Shown here piece by piece: positions 1 through 12,324 of a DNA stretch of 64,000 nt (position 1 is the first letter of the stretch; every line of letters begins with the position of its first letter). The translations under genes were made by a program, and so were the position numbers. Source of the stretch: Octopus sinensis (Eukaryota); contig NC_043015.1 of assembly GCF_006345805.1 (NCBI RefSeq), forward strand, positions 27,652,001 through 27,716,000, written 5' to 3'. The notes under the pieces are model-generated. The model did not search any database and had not been told where the DNA came from. It saw only the letters and a program-made list of their open reading frames with translations.

Positions 1-38
1 GATATCCGCTTAAGCCATAGATGGGACTCTGGCAGGTG

Positions 39-300
39 GAGGCATGTGGCTTAGTGGTTAGGGATTTGGACTCGTGATCATAAGTTTGAGGTTTCTATTC
101 CTGAATCATGCGAAACATAGAGTTCTCAAGCAAATTACTTCATTTCACATTGCTCCAGTCCACTCAGCTGATGAAAATAGGTAATCCTACGAAGGACTGG
201 CATTCCATCCAGGTGGGGAATTTATACACCACAGAAACTGGGAAACCAGCCCTTATGAGTTGGCATGACTCAAGAAGGTATCTTGTACCCTGTCAAGCAC
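39..300 (+). mobile_element. tRNA-derived SINE
   Basis: A-box-like tggcttagtggttag and degenerate B-box ggtttctattcc, followed by a SINE-like body. Confidence 0.6.
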
Positions 301-519
301 TACTATTCTGAGTTAGAATGGACATACTGTTTATATATATAAATGATAATGGACTCTCCCATCAGATTTGAAGTATGAGTATCTGACAACTTACACTTTC
401 TTTGTCAGTCATAATGCTTAAGGCGAATGCGACATTTGAGTCCTGCCAATGATTTGCATAGAAGCCCACAGATGTTGCAAGTATGAGGATTACAGATCAG
501 TGCAGGCAGCGTATTTGCA

Positions 520-1335
520 TCTGCTTTTCTCTTTTGCCTTGCACTCCTTCACTTGCTAATGCTAGTTGAAACAAAGTTTCTTATACCATTTTGACAAGAC
601 AATCTCCAATTTCTTTACTCTAAGGTCGTTTGCTAAAGGTGTTGGGAGCTATATTGACTACTGAGAGGTTACTCTTCAGCTTGTCCTTATATCTGAGCCA
701 TGGTCACCCAACATTCCTGTACCCACTATCAATTTATCTGTACACGAGGACTTCTTTTGACACTCATTCTGATGACATGACCAGCCCAGCACAATCATGA
801 CTACATAAAGCTCTCAGGTTGACATTAGATACTCTGTCTTTTAATGAATAACTGCAGATTGTCCTGAGACAGCCTTTATGGAAAATGTCTAGTTGGTTAA
901 TGTGCACAATTCTGAGTCATAGAAGAGAGTAGTAAGAAAGGCAGCTTTATAGACCTGCATTCTGGTGTCAAATTTAATGCCTCTTTCATTCCTTAGGCAA
1001 CAACAGATTTTGCCAAATGCTTTCACAAGACAGTTGATGATTTCATCATCAAGCGAAGCACTTGAGTTCACTTTACTACCAAGATGAATAAATGATTTCA
1101 CAACTTGAGGTTTTCCCATCAACCTGTATAGGAGTGTCAGAAATTGTGAGCTAACAGTCTCTGCTTGATACCCAAAACTTCCTTAGATGTAGAGTCAGGT
1201 TAGTAGATTACTTCTATTATCTTTATGCTGACAGTTAAGCCAATGTCTTTACATGCAGCAGAAATCCAGTCTAGAAGTTCCTGAACTTCCTCTAAGAAAG
1301 TTGCTACTAGTGCAACATTGTCTGTAAAAAGCATA
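520..1335 (-). mobile_element. Degraded RTE-clade LINE, RT C-terminal region
   Basis: Minus-strand peptides FTDNVALVAT...ELLDWISAACKDIGLTVSIK and VYKAAFLTTLFYDSE resemble RTE LFADD...FGLTISLKKT and YKAxVLxTLLYGSE. Confidence 0.7.
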
Positions 1336-1339
1336 GACA

Positions 1340-1447
1340 TACATATAGACAGGCAGGTAGGCAGGCAGACAGACAGACAGACATGCAGGCAGGCAGACGG
1401 ACGGATGGACAGATGGACAGACAGACAGACAGGCAGGCGGACGGACG

Positions 1448-1497
<50 letters not shown>

Positions 1498-1505
1498 TAG
1501 ATAGA
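1340..1505. repeat. (GACA/GGCA/GGAC)n compound tetranucleotide microsatellite
   Basis: Seen directly; it accounts for the low-complexity ORFs at 1200-1625. Confidence 0.95.
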
Positions 1506-1515
1506 GTGAGAGAGC

Positions 1516-1700
1516 GGTAGGCATGGCAGTGTGGTTAAGAAGTTTGTTTCCCAAACAAGTAGTTTTAGGTTCAGTCCTGCTGTGCAGCACCTTTGGCAAG
1601 TGTCTTCACTAAACTCCTGGACCAACTAAAGCCTTAACAGGATTTGGTGAATAGAAACTAAGAGAAACACATCATGTGTATGTGAGTGTGTGTGTGTTTT
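1516..1700 (+). mobile_element. tRNA-derived SINE
   Basis: gcatggcagtgtggttaagaag...ggttcagtcc head. The same family appears on the minus strand near 2100-2275 and 61255-61395. Confidence 0.6.
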
Positions 1701-2673
1701 TACATTTGTGCATCTTCAAAAATTGTCCATTGACAGACTGTGATGTTGCTGTCATGTTGCTGTCATTTACCCAATCAGCTGGTCACCCACTGAAAAATAG
1801 TTGAGGGTTAGTGACAGATAGAGTCAGTGGTTATATAAAAAAGTGCCTCAATAATATACTCATATCTAGTATATGCTAGCATCTTTTATCTTTTACTTGT
1901 TCAACCAGTGGACTGTGATCATGCTGGGGCACTGTCATGAAGAATTTTTAGTCAAATTGATTAACTCCAGTACTTAATTTTTGTTAAGCCTGGTACTTAT
2001 TCTATCAATCTCCCTTGCCAAACTGTTAAATTGCAGGAATGTAAGCACACCAACACAGGTTGTGAAACGGTGGGGTAGGGGACAAATACACACACACACA
2101 CATACAACAGGCTTCTTTCAGTTTCCATTTACCAAATCCACTCACAAGGCTTTGGTTGGCTCATAGCTACAGTAGAAGACACATGACATTTGCCCAATGT
2201 GCCATGCAGTGAAACTGAACCTAGAACCATTTTCTTGGGAAGCAAACTTCTTACCACACAGCTACACCTGCACCTATAAGCAAAAACGAAACAAATGTAA
2301 AACTGAACAAATTAATGAAATGTGTATCAGTCATTAAAAGGTCAGTTTAGTTTTGTTTCTTACTCTAATATTCATAATTACATTTTCACAGTAAAAGTAA
2401 TTTTCTTTTAATATTTTTCTACAAGTTTATTAAAAAAATTTCATACAATCTCTTAACATTACACTTAATTGATTGTGATCTTCAAAGACAAAGGATTCCC
2501 CCTACTCCTGTACTAAAACTTACATGTTAAAATTCTATCAATACCTTTTCTTTTTTTACTTTTATTGTTATGTTCTCTTTATTTATATTCACTTACAGCT
2601 TAAGTAAGCAGAAGTAGTTTTTTTAATCAATCCTTGCAGAATTACTAATTAATTCATTCTTTAATCACTGCAG

Positions 2674-2695
2674 AAAGAGCTTTTGAATATTAAAG
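2674..2695 (+). CDS. Candidate 22-nt internal exon of the host coiled-coil gene (KELLNIK + G, phase 0 to 1)
   Basis: ttaatcactgcag|AAAGAGCTTTTGAATATTAAAG|gtatta, with a branch-like ctaat about 27 nt upstream. The trailing G completes GTG with the exon at 34919. Confidence 0.5.
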
Positions 2696-3519
2696 GTATT
2701 AGCTGACATAGGCAAGAGTGAAAACTGCACTGTGATGTGGCAAGACAATGAACATGGAGTCAAAAATTGCTGCATGCTAAAAGTGTTAAAGCACCAGTGG
2801 TAGATATAAACATTAAAAGGAAACCAGCATGATGATAGTGAATTTCAGAGAGCAACAGTTTGAGGAAAGAAGCTATTAGAATAAAAGATCTATAACTAAC
2901 ACAGAATAGTTTTTCAACAACACTAATTTTTTCTTAATAGACTACAGTGAAGTGTGAGGAAACTTTTAGACGCCCCACTATAGATACCTAATAGTAAAAA
3001 AGATAAACAAAATATGTGTTTAACAGATTTTGTGTGCTAATACAGGGTTAAGATTAACTCTTCCACAATGTAATTACTTCAATTTCGGCACCATCTCTTG
3101 GTTCAAGTCACTTAATAACAAATACAGCTATGAAATTCTTCAAATTTGTTTACTCTTTTTAAGCCAGCAAGCTGTTGGTAACAGTCTAATGTAGAGTTGG
3201 CTGCTAATTCTAATAGGGCATGTGACTACATACGGGCTTGAACATGTCTACATAGCTCACATCTATTGTGACCATCACTAGAACATTGCAGGGTAATCTG
3301 AACAGATTGGGAAGATAGACTCACATACACTGCATTCCATGATAAATTATTTATTATATGCCAGGATCCTTAACTAAACAGAGATATCATATATCTAGAA
3401 TGCTTGATCTGTGGGTCATATATTAACCGTTGATTAACTAATGATTGCTTTGTACAGTAACGTCTGCTTGATTTGGTTTGACCTCACACAACAGAAAAAA
3501 AGAGAAAGCAGCAAAAAAG

Positions 3520-4615
3520 GTGCAGCAATATTAGTGGAAGGTTAACAGGGAAAATAGCTTTTGTATGTGGAAGATGCACAGTACAATAAACACCAAAAAT
3601 GTACAGAAAATAGACTCACTCAACTGCTAGGGAAGTAAGTTAGAGGTAGTAGATAGCTTCCATTATCTAGATGACCAAGTTAATAACAGAGGGGGATGCT
3701 CTGTGGGCTGGTCAAAGTTCAGAGAGTTGCCACTTCTCCCTCAGAATGAAAGGCAGAATGTATGATGCTTGTGTGTGAGCAGCTATGATACATGGCAGTG
3801 AAACATGGGCTGTGGCAGTTGAAGACAAGCAAAGGCTTGAAATAAATGAAACCAATATGCTTTGCTGGATGTGCAATATCAGTGTGCATGTTCGACAGCA
3901 TGTAAGCATCTTGAGATAAAAATTAGGCATAAGAGGCTTCAGATGTGGTGTGCAAGAGAGACAGCTGTGCTGGTATGGTCATGGGAAGTGTAAGGACGAG
4001 GACAGCTCTGTAAAGAAATGCCAAGAAATGCCAAACTGTGGAGGGAACCTGCGGTAGAGGTAGACCCAGGAAGACATGGGACAAGGTGGTGAAGCATGAT
4101 CTTCGAACTTTGGACCTCACAGTGGCAATGGCAGGTGACTGAGACCTCTGGCAATATGCTGTGCTTGAGAAGACCTGTCAAGCCAAGTGAGAATGTAGTC
4201 GTGGGTGATGCTGGTGGTATGTAACTGGCACCTGTACCAGTGGCATGTAAAAAGCACCTTTCTAGCATTGGGCCTTACAGAGGCAAAGTGGCTGAGCTCC
4301 TTTCAAGTGTTGGGCCTCATGGAGGCAATGACTGAGACCTTTGGCATTATGTCATGCTTGAGAAGAAGACCCATCAAGCCAAGCAAAATCGCAGCTGTGG
4401 TAGATACCAGTATCATGCAAATGGCTTCAAATGCAGGCGGCACATAAAAGCATCCAATACACTGTTGGAGTGGTTGACATGAGGAAGGGCATCCAGTAGT
4501 ATAAATAATGCCAAATCAGACTGGAGTCTGGTGCAGCCTTCCAGCTTGCCAGTCCTGGTCAAACCGCCCAACCCATCCTTGCATGGACAAAGGACGTTAA
4601 ATGATGATGATGATG
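3520..4615 (+). mobile_element. RTE LINE 3' fragment with 3' UTR and (GAT)n tail
   Basis: Homologous to the RT C-terminus at 23156-24000 (…cggtagaggtagacccaggaagacatggg…); ends in atgatgatgatgatgat. Confidence 0.85.
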
Positions 4616-4684
<69 letters not shown>

Positions 4685-5331
4685 CATATATATATATATT
4701 GTCAGTAATTCATATATCTGAAAAAGAAGTACACTCTAATATATTTTTTGTGTAGTAGCTGCACAGGCAGCCAGAGTAACAGCCTACACTGTAATAACAC
4801 ATCCATTGACAACAACAACAATGACAACAATGATAGCAGTCACTGTGGTGGCCAGAGTTACAGCCTGAGCAGCAAGGATACAGCTGCCAACAACAACAAT
4901 AGCACTGACAATATTAGTTGTGGTGACAGCAGCACGTCAAGGAGCAGAGACAACAATACCAACAGTTAAAATGGCAGCAAGCAACACCAACTTTGTGACC
5001 AGAAACAGCTGCTATGCTAACAGCAACAGAACCACCAGAATCACATCCAGGAATATCAGCACTGGCAGTGACACCAAGCAACAATAACAACACCATCAGA
5101 GCTGGAGTTAACAAAAGAAACATTGGTAGTGGCTGCACTTGGAATTCTCCATTCATTGAATAGGTCTACCACAGCTCCTTCAAATATAAGATATAAGTTC
5201 AAAGCCAATATAAGGGGGGATAACCCTATCCTGCCTGCAGCATGGACAATTGCTTTTTTATTTACAAAACCAATTGACCATTGTGTATTTCTTCCTCCAG
5301 TTGTAGAGCAGTTACGTGCCTTCATCCATTT

Positions 5332-5391
5332 GAGTCTGATGAGTCACCTATACTGTTAAGCATTTTATAGGTGTGAAACCAATAGTCACTC
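5332..5391 (+). ncRNA. Minimal type-I hammerhead ribozyme motif, copy 1
   Basis: GAGU-CUGAUGA-GU-CACCUAUA(loop)UAUAGGUG-U-GAAA-C-CAAUA-GUC-ACUC. Stem I GAGU/ACUC, 8-bp stem II, 2-bp stem III, predicted cut after C5387. Confidence 0.7.
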
Positions 5392-5420
5392 TATGACCAG
5401 CCATAACACTTAACTTCCTA

Positions 5421-5472
<52 letters not shown>

Positions 5473-5478
5473 ATATAT

Positions 5479-5512
<34 letters not shown>

Positions 5513-6159
5513 CATATATATATATATTGTCAGTAATTCATATATCTGAAAAAGAAGTACACTCTAATATATTTTTTGTGTAGTAGCTGCACAGGCAGCC
5601 AGAGTAACAGCCTACACTGTAATAACACATCCATTGACAACAACAACAATGACAACAATGATAGCAGTCACTGTGGTGGCCAGAGTTACAGCCTGAGCAG
5701 CAAGGATACAGCTGCCAACAACAACAATAGCACTGACAATATTAGTTGTGGTGACAGCAGCACGTCAAGGAGCAGAGACAACAATACCAACAGTTAAAAT
5801 GGCAGCAAGCAACACCAACTTTGTGACCAGAAACAGCTGCTATGCTAACAGCAACAGAACCACCAGAATCACATCCAGGAATATCAGCACTGGCAGTGAC
5901 ACCAAGCAACAATAACAACACCATCAGAGCTGGAGTTAACAAAAGAAACATTGGTAGTGGCTGCACTTGGAATTCTCCATTCATTGAATAGGTCTACCAC
6001 AGCTCCTTCAAATATAAGATATAAGTTCAAAGCCAATATAAGGGGGGATAACCCTATCCTGCCTGCAGCATGGACAATTGCTTTTTTATTTACAAAACCA
6101 ATTGACCATTGTGTATTTCTTCCTCCAGTTGTAGAGCAGTTACGTGCCTTCATCCATTT

Positions 6160-6219
6160 GAGTCTGATGAGTCACCTATACTGTTAAGCATTTTATAGGT
6201 GTGAAACCAATAGTCACTC
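6160..6219 (+). ncRNA. Minimal type-I hammerhead ribozyme motif, copy 2
   Basis: Identical to 5332-5391, offset by 828; predicted cut after 6215. Confidence 0.7.
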
Positions 6220-6251
6220 TATGACCAGCCATAACACTTAACTTCCTAAAC

Positions 6252-6282
<31 letters not shown>

Positions 6283-6699
6283 AACACACATGTACACACA
6301 CATATATATTTATATCTATAGATATACACAGGTACACATACACATATATACATATTTTCATAGACATATGCATGTATATGCATATATTTATAGTGAAATG
6401 TTTAAAACAAAGAAAAAAGAATTCATAAATGCCTAGTCAGAGGTGTTGATACTAGGGCAGATTTTTATCAAGTTAGTCTCAATATCTTTAACTGCTAGGC
6501 TACGAGGTTGTAATGTGCCTCAGTAGAAAGGAGTTGTTACAAAGAATTCAAGATATTAGATCTCTAGAGTAAGATGACAAAGGAATGAAATGAGTGGTAA
6601 TAGGCTGTACAATAGATACATCCAAACTATATCTGAATGTTAAGATGTTGGGAATGATGATGTGGAGAGGAGACAAACACAAAGACAAACACACATAAG

Positions 6700-7420
6700 C
6701 ACATACAAGCACACATACATACAAGAAGTTACTTACTGTAAGGGACTTTAAAGAAGGAAATATTAAAATGAAAGGAATGAATATGCTTTAGATTTGAAAG
6801 TATTCGGGTCTTAAGAAAGTGAAAAACAATAATATGGAAGCAAGTTCCAAAGACTGGCAGTTCAAGGGGAAAAGCTATGGCTGTAGAAAGATTTCCTTAT
6901 TCATGAAAATACAACAGCATTTGAATGAAGATGCTCTGATTTTCAAGTCAGTTGAGATGCCACAAAGTGATCTGGAACTAAGAAAGAAAATTTATCAGGG
7001 TACTTCCTGTGACAATAACAATAGACTGAATTTAGACTGGTGATGTCATGTCAGTGTCACAAGAGTTGCAAAGTCGAAGTAAGAGAGGGACCAATCATTG
7101 CTTCTGAACCTGGTTGAGGAGATGCAAGTGACAAGATGGTGCACCTGCCCAAATATGACAGCAGTATTTCATATGAGGATGAATTGTGAACTTGTAAAGA
7201 TATAAAACAGCCTCAAATGTGAGGTAGTGCTTTGACCTATACAAAGATCCAACCTTATAAAAAGTAGACCTATCAACTGATTGTATGTAAGAACCCCAAG
7301 AAAAATCAGGGGAGAAAGTAAGATGAAGGAATTTCAAAGAAGAGCTTTCCTCAAGTGGTTGTCTGTCTCTCACCATATGATATCTCAGACTTATATCTCA
7401 TGTATATAGAAGGAAGATAG
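6700..7420 (-). mobile_element. Degraded CR1/L2/Jockey-group LINE, 3' fragment
   Basis: Peptide YLYKFTIHPHMKYCCHIWAGAPSCHLHLLNQVQKQ matches the LYKxxIRPxMEYCxHIWxGA...LLDxVQKR post-RT motif. Confidence 0.7.
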
Positions 7421-7559
7421 GGGTCCAACTTCCTTCTGAAAAACATGAGTTTGGTCCTGCCAGGGTTGAAAGTTACTAGCCCCATTTCTTAACAACTTGC
7501 AGATCCACCTCAAGATTAGAAGCAAATTTCTGCACCTTCCATTAAAAATTCTAGAATAC

Positions 7560-7930
7560 AAATGCTAAAATGTAAAAGGAGAGGATTTTTGAGGTCACAA
7601 ATCATGAGAGTTTTAAAAGATACATTCGAACAAGTCCTCAATGCACAGGGATTGAAAACTTTACATGCTTTTAAATGGTTATATTTCTTACCATGATGGT
7701 GTTGAGAACATATTTTATGTCAATAAAAAAATATAGGCTGTCACATGTTAAAAAATGTACATCCTAAAACAGATCTGATATTCTAATTAGATTTATTTCT
7801 AGAAAATCTTGGTGTGATCAGAGATAAGTAAGAGGAAAGACTCTATCAAAATATTCATGCGATAGAAACGTAATAGCAGGGATTTTGAAATGAATATGTG
7901 AAGGTTAACAGTTGCTGGAAGCTGTATATA
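7560..7930 (+). mobile_element. Degraded DNA transposase C-terminus, probably Chapaev3-like (CMC superfamily)
   Basis: Remnant DLFLENLGVIRDK*EERLYQNI...QGF...SCW resembles DFFPENLGAVSDEQGERFHQDI...RYQG...DYCW. The family name comes from recall. Confidence 0.45.
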
Positions 7931-8028
7931 CAACTATTCAGATTAACTTTATATATTCACAATACATGTAAAAACTTGTATAATGCATATTGTTTAATAA
8001 CATATGTATCTAATTGAATATACAATAC

Positions 8029-8080
<52 letters not shown>

Positions 8081-8367
8081 GGTTAAAATTAACTATGTAT
8101 GAATTAATCAAGTGTATGCCTTGTATTTCAGTTCAGGCAATAAGCAAATTTTGTATGAAATGCTATTTGATATACTTTAAGTATTGATAAAATTGGGAAT
8201 AAGAAAAACTGTCATATTTCAAAAATTAGATATGTAAATTAAAAAAACTAAAGACAGATGTAGAAACATCATTTAAAATGCATTCAGAAAAGGTTAATTT
8301 CATTTATGTTATTGCCTTGTGTATGCGTTATAAACTTAGCAAGTGCACACATACACACATACACACA

Positions 8368-8402
<35 letters not shown>

Positions 8403-8472
8403 ATGTGCGTGTATATGTGTGAGTTCATGTATGTATGTGTGTGTGCATCTGTGTTCAGCAATTTGTGCTAAA

Positions 8473-9110
8473 TCTATAAATATAAAACTCAACATGTGTG
8501 TCTGTTTGTTTAACTTCCTGGCACATCTCCTCCTAGCCAACAAATCGTAGAAGCACCAAAAATGGGTCACTTAAAGTTTAGGCAAATGAAAATTGAACTG
8601 CACTATTTCTGTTCCGAAATTCATCTCACAAGTGCAAAAATCGATAATGTGTTTGTTTAGGCCTTATCCCATGCATTGAATAGTGAACTTTACTCAGTCA
8701 GCTGTTTGCCGTGAACTGTGTTCACCACGCGTGCAAGCATGCGTAAATTGCATGAAAAATAAAAAATCAAGATACAAAAATGAATCGCCGTAAACATTGT
8801 AGAAATTTGGCAAAGAAATGAATTTTCGGGATGTAGCCTGGAGGGTATTTTCGTATTAATCGTTTGAACTTTGTGAACACATACCAATTGTTTTCATAAC
8901 ATTTTTAACGCTTTGAATTAAATGTGACCATTTTGCATTGAGTCAGCAGTTTGAATCACTTTAACCAAATTTTAGCAGGCCGGATTTTTGATCATCACAA
9001 TACATCGCCAGCGACTCCCTGAAATCCCTGTTGAGAAATCTATATATATAAAATTCAACTTGTGTGTCTGTGTGTGTATCTGTGTATGTGTCTGTGTGTT
9101 TAACTTTTGG
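8473..9110 (+). mobile_element. Two Helitron-type 5' ends (A|TC starts at 8473 and 9039), no 3' CTAG seen
   Basis: Shared start tctata(a/t)atataaaa(c/t)tcaac(a/t)tgtgtgtctgt, each preceded by A. Confidence 0.5.
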
Positions 9111-9156
9111 ATCTACCAAGTTTCATTATTAAGGATGGAAAGTAGTGTGTAGCAAA

Positions 9157-9536
9157 TCTATATATATATAAAGCTGAAGTTGTCTGTGTGTGAAAGGTTT
9201 GGTAGCCTTCAACTAACATTATCTCCTTCGAGACCCTGCAGAGCAAGTTGACCAAAATTGAGAGTATGATAGAAGAAGGCTTGCTCTTCATTCTGTAGAA
9301 GATAAAATCCAAATCGAACCATGTTAACACCAAAGATTATTTACATCAAAAAGGTGCTTTTTTTCTATGAAAATCCCTATTTTTGACTGCTGTGTCACCA
9401 TTTTTCGGTGTATTTCAACTGGAAAAATGTTCACTTGAAGAGAATAACAAGTTGCATAATGCAAAATTTTTACTTTTCAAAATTCCAATTCTAAAGGTTC
9501 GAAACAAACCCAAGCAACACCGTGTGATACTGCTAG
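9157..9536 (+). mobile_element. Non-autonomous Helitron-type element
   Basis: A|TCtatatatatataaagctg...cccaagcaacaccgtgtgatactgCTAG|T: TC start, CTAG end, inserted in AT, decayed subterminal hairpin. Confidence 0.7.
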
Positions 9537-9767
9537 TTTGTGATATATTTGAAACCCATTCTTCTTATTTGTTTAATTCACATAAACAAAGTCACACATG
9601 CAACTACGTATCAAGTTATTCTGTTCCCTCAGTGACTAAACATCTTGAACTATGATTATACTGCCTTCATTCATGCTCAGCTATTTTACATATCAGGTCA
9701 TCCTATAAGTTCTGTCTGAATTTTGAGTAAAAATAACAGGTGATCAAATGTTATATTCAATTGAAAT

Positions 9768-10560
9768 TTAATCATCAATGTACTTTCCTTGATTATCTAT
9801 GACTTCCTTCCATCTATTTATAAGCTTTTTAATCCCATCAATGTAAAACTCTTTAGGTTTCAAAGCGAAGAACTCTAAAGTGTCAGTTTCGACCTCCTCC
9901 TGGCTTGCAAAAGTTGTCTTCCAAATGATTCTGTAAACTATGAAATAAATGGTAGTCTGAAGGAGCAAGATCAGGAGAATAAGGTGTATGAGGAATTTTT
10001 TCCTAACCAAGCTCTTCGATCTTCTGTGATGTGATCTTTGCAGTGTGGGGTCGCACATTGTCCTGATGAAACATCACTCCTTTTCGATTCACTAAAGAGG
10101 GTCATTTTCTTCAAAGCTTGGTTCAAACGCTCTAATTGCTGATAGTAGACTTGAGCATTGATTCTTGCATTAGGTGGTAACAATTCAAATCCTTTGCAAT
10201 CCCACCGGATAGAGAGAAGAAACTTTTTCCCATGAAGTTCCCTTCTTGGTTGTTGTTGAGCTTTTTCCCTTTTACCAAGCCACTATTTATGATGTTTAAC
10301 ATTTTGATAGAAGATCCATTTTTCGTCACCAGTCTATCCAAAAAGGGTGAAATAAATTCACAAGAATGGAGAGAAGAGCAGTTGTCAACTCGGGATTTGT
10401 GGTTGCTTTTGGACAATTCATAAGGCACCCATTTTCCAAGTTTAGGGACCTTTCCAAATTGTTGACGATGACAATGAACAGTTGTATGGTTTGAACTAAG
10501 CTTTATTGCCAATTCTTCAACTGATTATGCAAGATTTTTTTCAAGTAATGCCTCAAGGAG
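9768..10560 (-). mobile_element. Mariner transposase pseudogene A (5' truncated)
   Basis: LGKWVPYEL motif and C-terminal FFALKPKEFYIDGIKKLINRWKEVIDNQGKYIDD*. Confidence 0.85.
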
Positions 10561-10564
10561 CTCA

Positions 10565-11480
10565 AAATTTTCAATACCTCATTGGTACAAATCACCCGAT
10601 TTCAACTCGAAAAATTGATCCAACCAAGCTCTCAATTCTGCATCAGTATTGAACGAAACTCTGCACATAGCATTTGAAAGAGACCAAAAGAGGTGGAAAT
10701 CCATTGGTGCTAAATCTGGTGAGTACAGCAGGTGTGGCAGCACTTCCCAGCCATGTGTTCGAATGGCTTCCTTGGTCATATTGGCGATATGAGGGTGAGC
10801 GTTGTCATGCAGCAGAAGAACTCCATGCTGCTGATTAGGTCTTTTCTCTTGAATAGCTGTGTTGAGTCATTCCATTTGTTGAACATAGAGTTCTATGTTG
10901 ACCGTTTGGTTCCATTCAAGCAATTCGTAATGGGTAATCCCTTCTCAGTCCCACCATATGCACATCTTTGTTTCGCGCATGGTGTCGCTCATTTACCATG
11001 GCTAAGCCATTCCTTATGCTGCTTCATATTGATGTACAGGCACCATTTTTGTTTGCCAGTAATGATTCGGTAAAGAAATCATTACTTGTGTCCATGAGTT
11101 GAGCGGTGACAAGCAAGCAAACCAGCTGAGATTGTGGCTCATTGATTTTTATTGTTGTCACTTAAAACATGCAGTACCCATGCTCCATACTTCTGAACCT
11201 TTCCCATCGAGTGAAGATGCTTCTCTATAGCAGTGTGGGAGCATTCCATTTTCTCTGCTAGTTTCCTTGTTGTTTGACGAGAATTTTTGTGCAAAAGTTG
11301 GTTTAATCACTCTTCATCAAACTCAACTGGATGGTCAGAACAAGGTGCATCTTTCAGGTCAAAATTTCCATTTTTGAACTTGGCATATCAATCACAAATG
11401 GTTCTTTCAGCAAGGCACCTTTTCCATACACAGCGCAAATTTCGTGAGCAGCTTTTGCAGCCTTAGAACCTTATATACCC
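10565..11480 (-). mobile_element. Mariner transposase pseudogene B (3' truncated)
   Basis: N-terminal GSKAAKAAHEICAVYG, a KYGAWVLH-like motif, and WEVLPHLLYSPDLAPMDFHLF. Confidence 0.85.
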
Positions 11481-11699
11481 ATTCCTCTCTTCCTCTCAGT
11501 CCACCTCCCTCTGTTTACTCTCATGCACTTATACATATCTCAGCAGTCTCTCTCAGCTGTCAACCCACTTTCTCTCTTGAAATTCCACCTTTGTCACCCT
11601 ATTAGAATATTTAACTGGGCCATATTCCTCTGTTAATATTTGCTCCTATCTCCTGTTCTCACTATCTCAACTTCCCTTAATTGTATTGCCTCTCCTCTT

Positions 11700-12324
11700 T
11701 TTAGCGACTAAAACTTTTTTTTTTAACATTACAATATCTAGAATAATAAATACATAAAAATATAAAGAAATATATAAATATTTAGATATATAAAAAAATA
11801 TAAAAATACATATATATAGGAAACATATAAATAAATAATATATAATATATAAGGTAAGATAAAGTTCATCGTTTAGAAATTTTTCGATTAAAAATTACTT
11901 TTCAAGATAAGGGAAATCTATTGTTAAAAGCCAGTGTCCAAGCAAAAAAGAAGAAACCATATTTACATTCCTTGTGGCCATTTCAGGGGTTCTTCACCGT
12001 ATTTAATGCACGAAGGTGCATCACGATAATTACTCCTTCGTCAGGGGAAAAATAAAGAAACACACATCACGTACCAGGGTGAGACCTCAATTTCTTTATT
12101 ACCCACAGGGGGCCAAATGTAGAATGATACAGAACAACTGATGGGATCAGTGAAATGATATGGGTTTACATATAATATGACTTTAAAAATTTAATACAAT
12201 ATATAAAAATCGAATGTAATAAACAAAACAACAAACAATACAAACGAAGCGATGATCAGGCCACGCTCCGACCCCACAAGCCCCGATCTACCACTGGTAC
12301 CTTTTTTTTGTTTTCTTTTTTTCC
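11700..12324. repeat. Left arm of ~625-bp inverted repeat (pairs with 15924-16549)
   Basis: Reverse-complement match from tttagcgacta to ttttttcc. Confidence 0.95.

Larger units (their letters stand above)
4620..6275 (+). repeat. Tandem direct duplication, 828-bp unit bounded by (TA)n/(TG)n
   Basis: gtcagtaatt occurs at 4701 and 5529, identical ORF translations are offset by 828, and the unique portions look identical. Confidence 0.95.

Noticed and set aside
39-110. tRNA-like sequence
   Set aside because: A and B boxes are degenerate, there is no cloverleaf, and it continues into a SINE body. The same applies at 58525.
4748-5797. N/S/T-rich ORFs in the 828-bp repeat
   Set aside because: Low-complexity CAA/CAG sequence with non-ATG starts and stops in the alternative frames.
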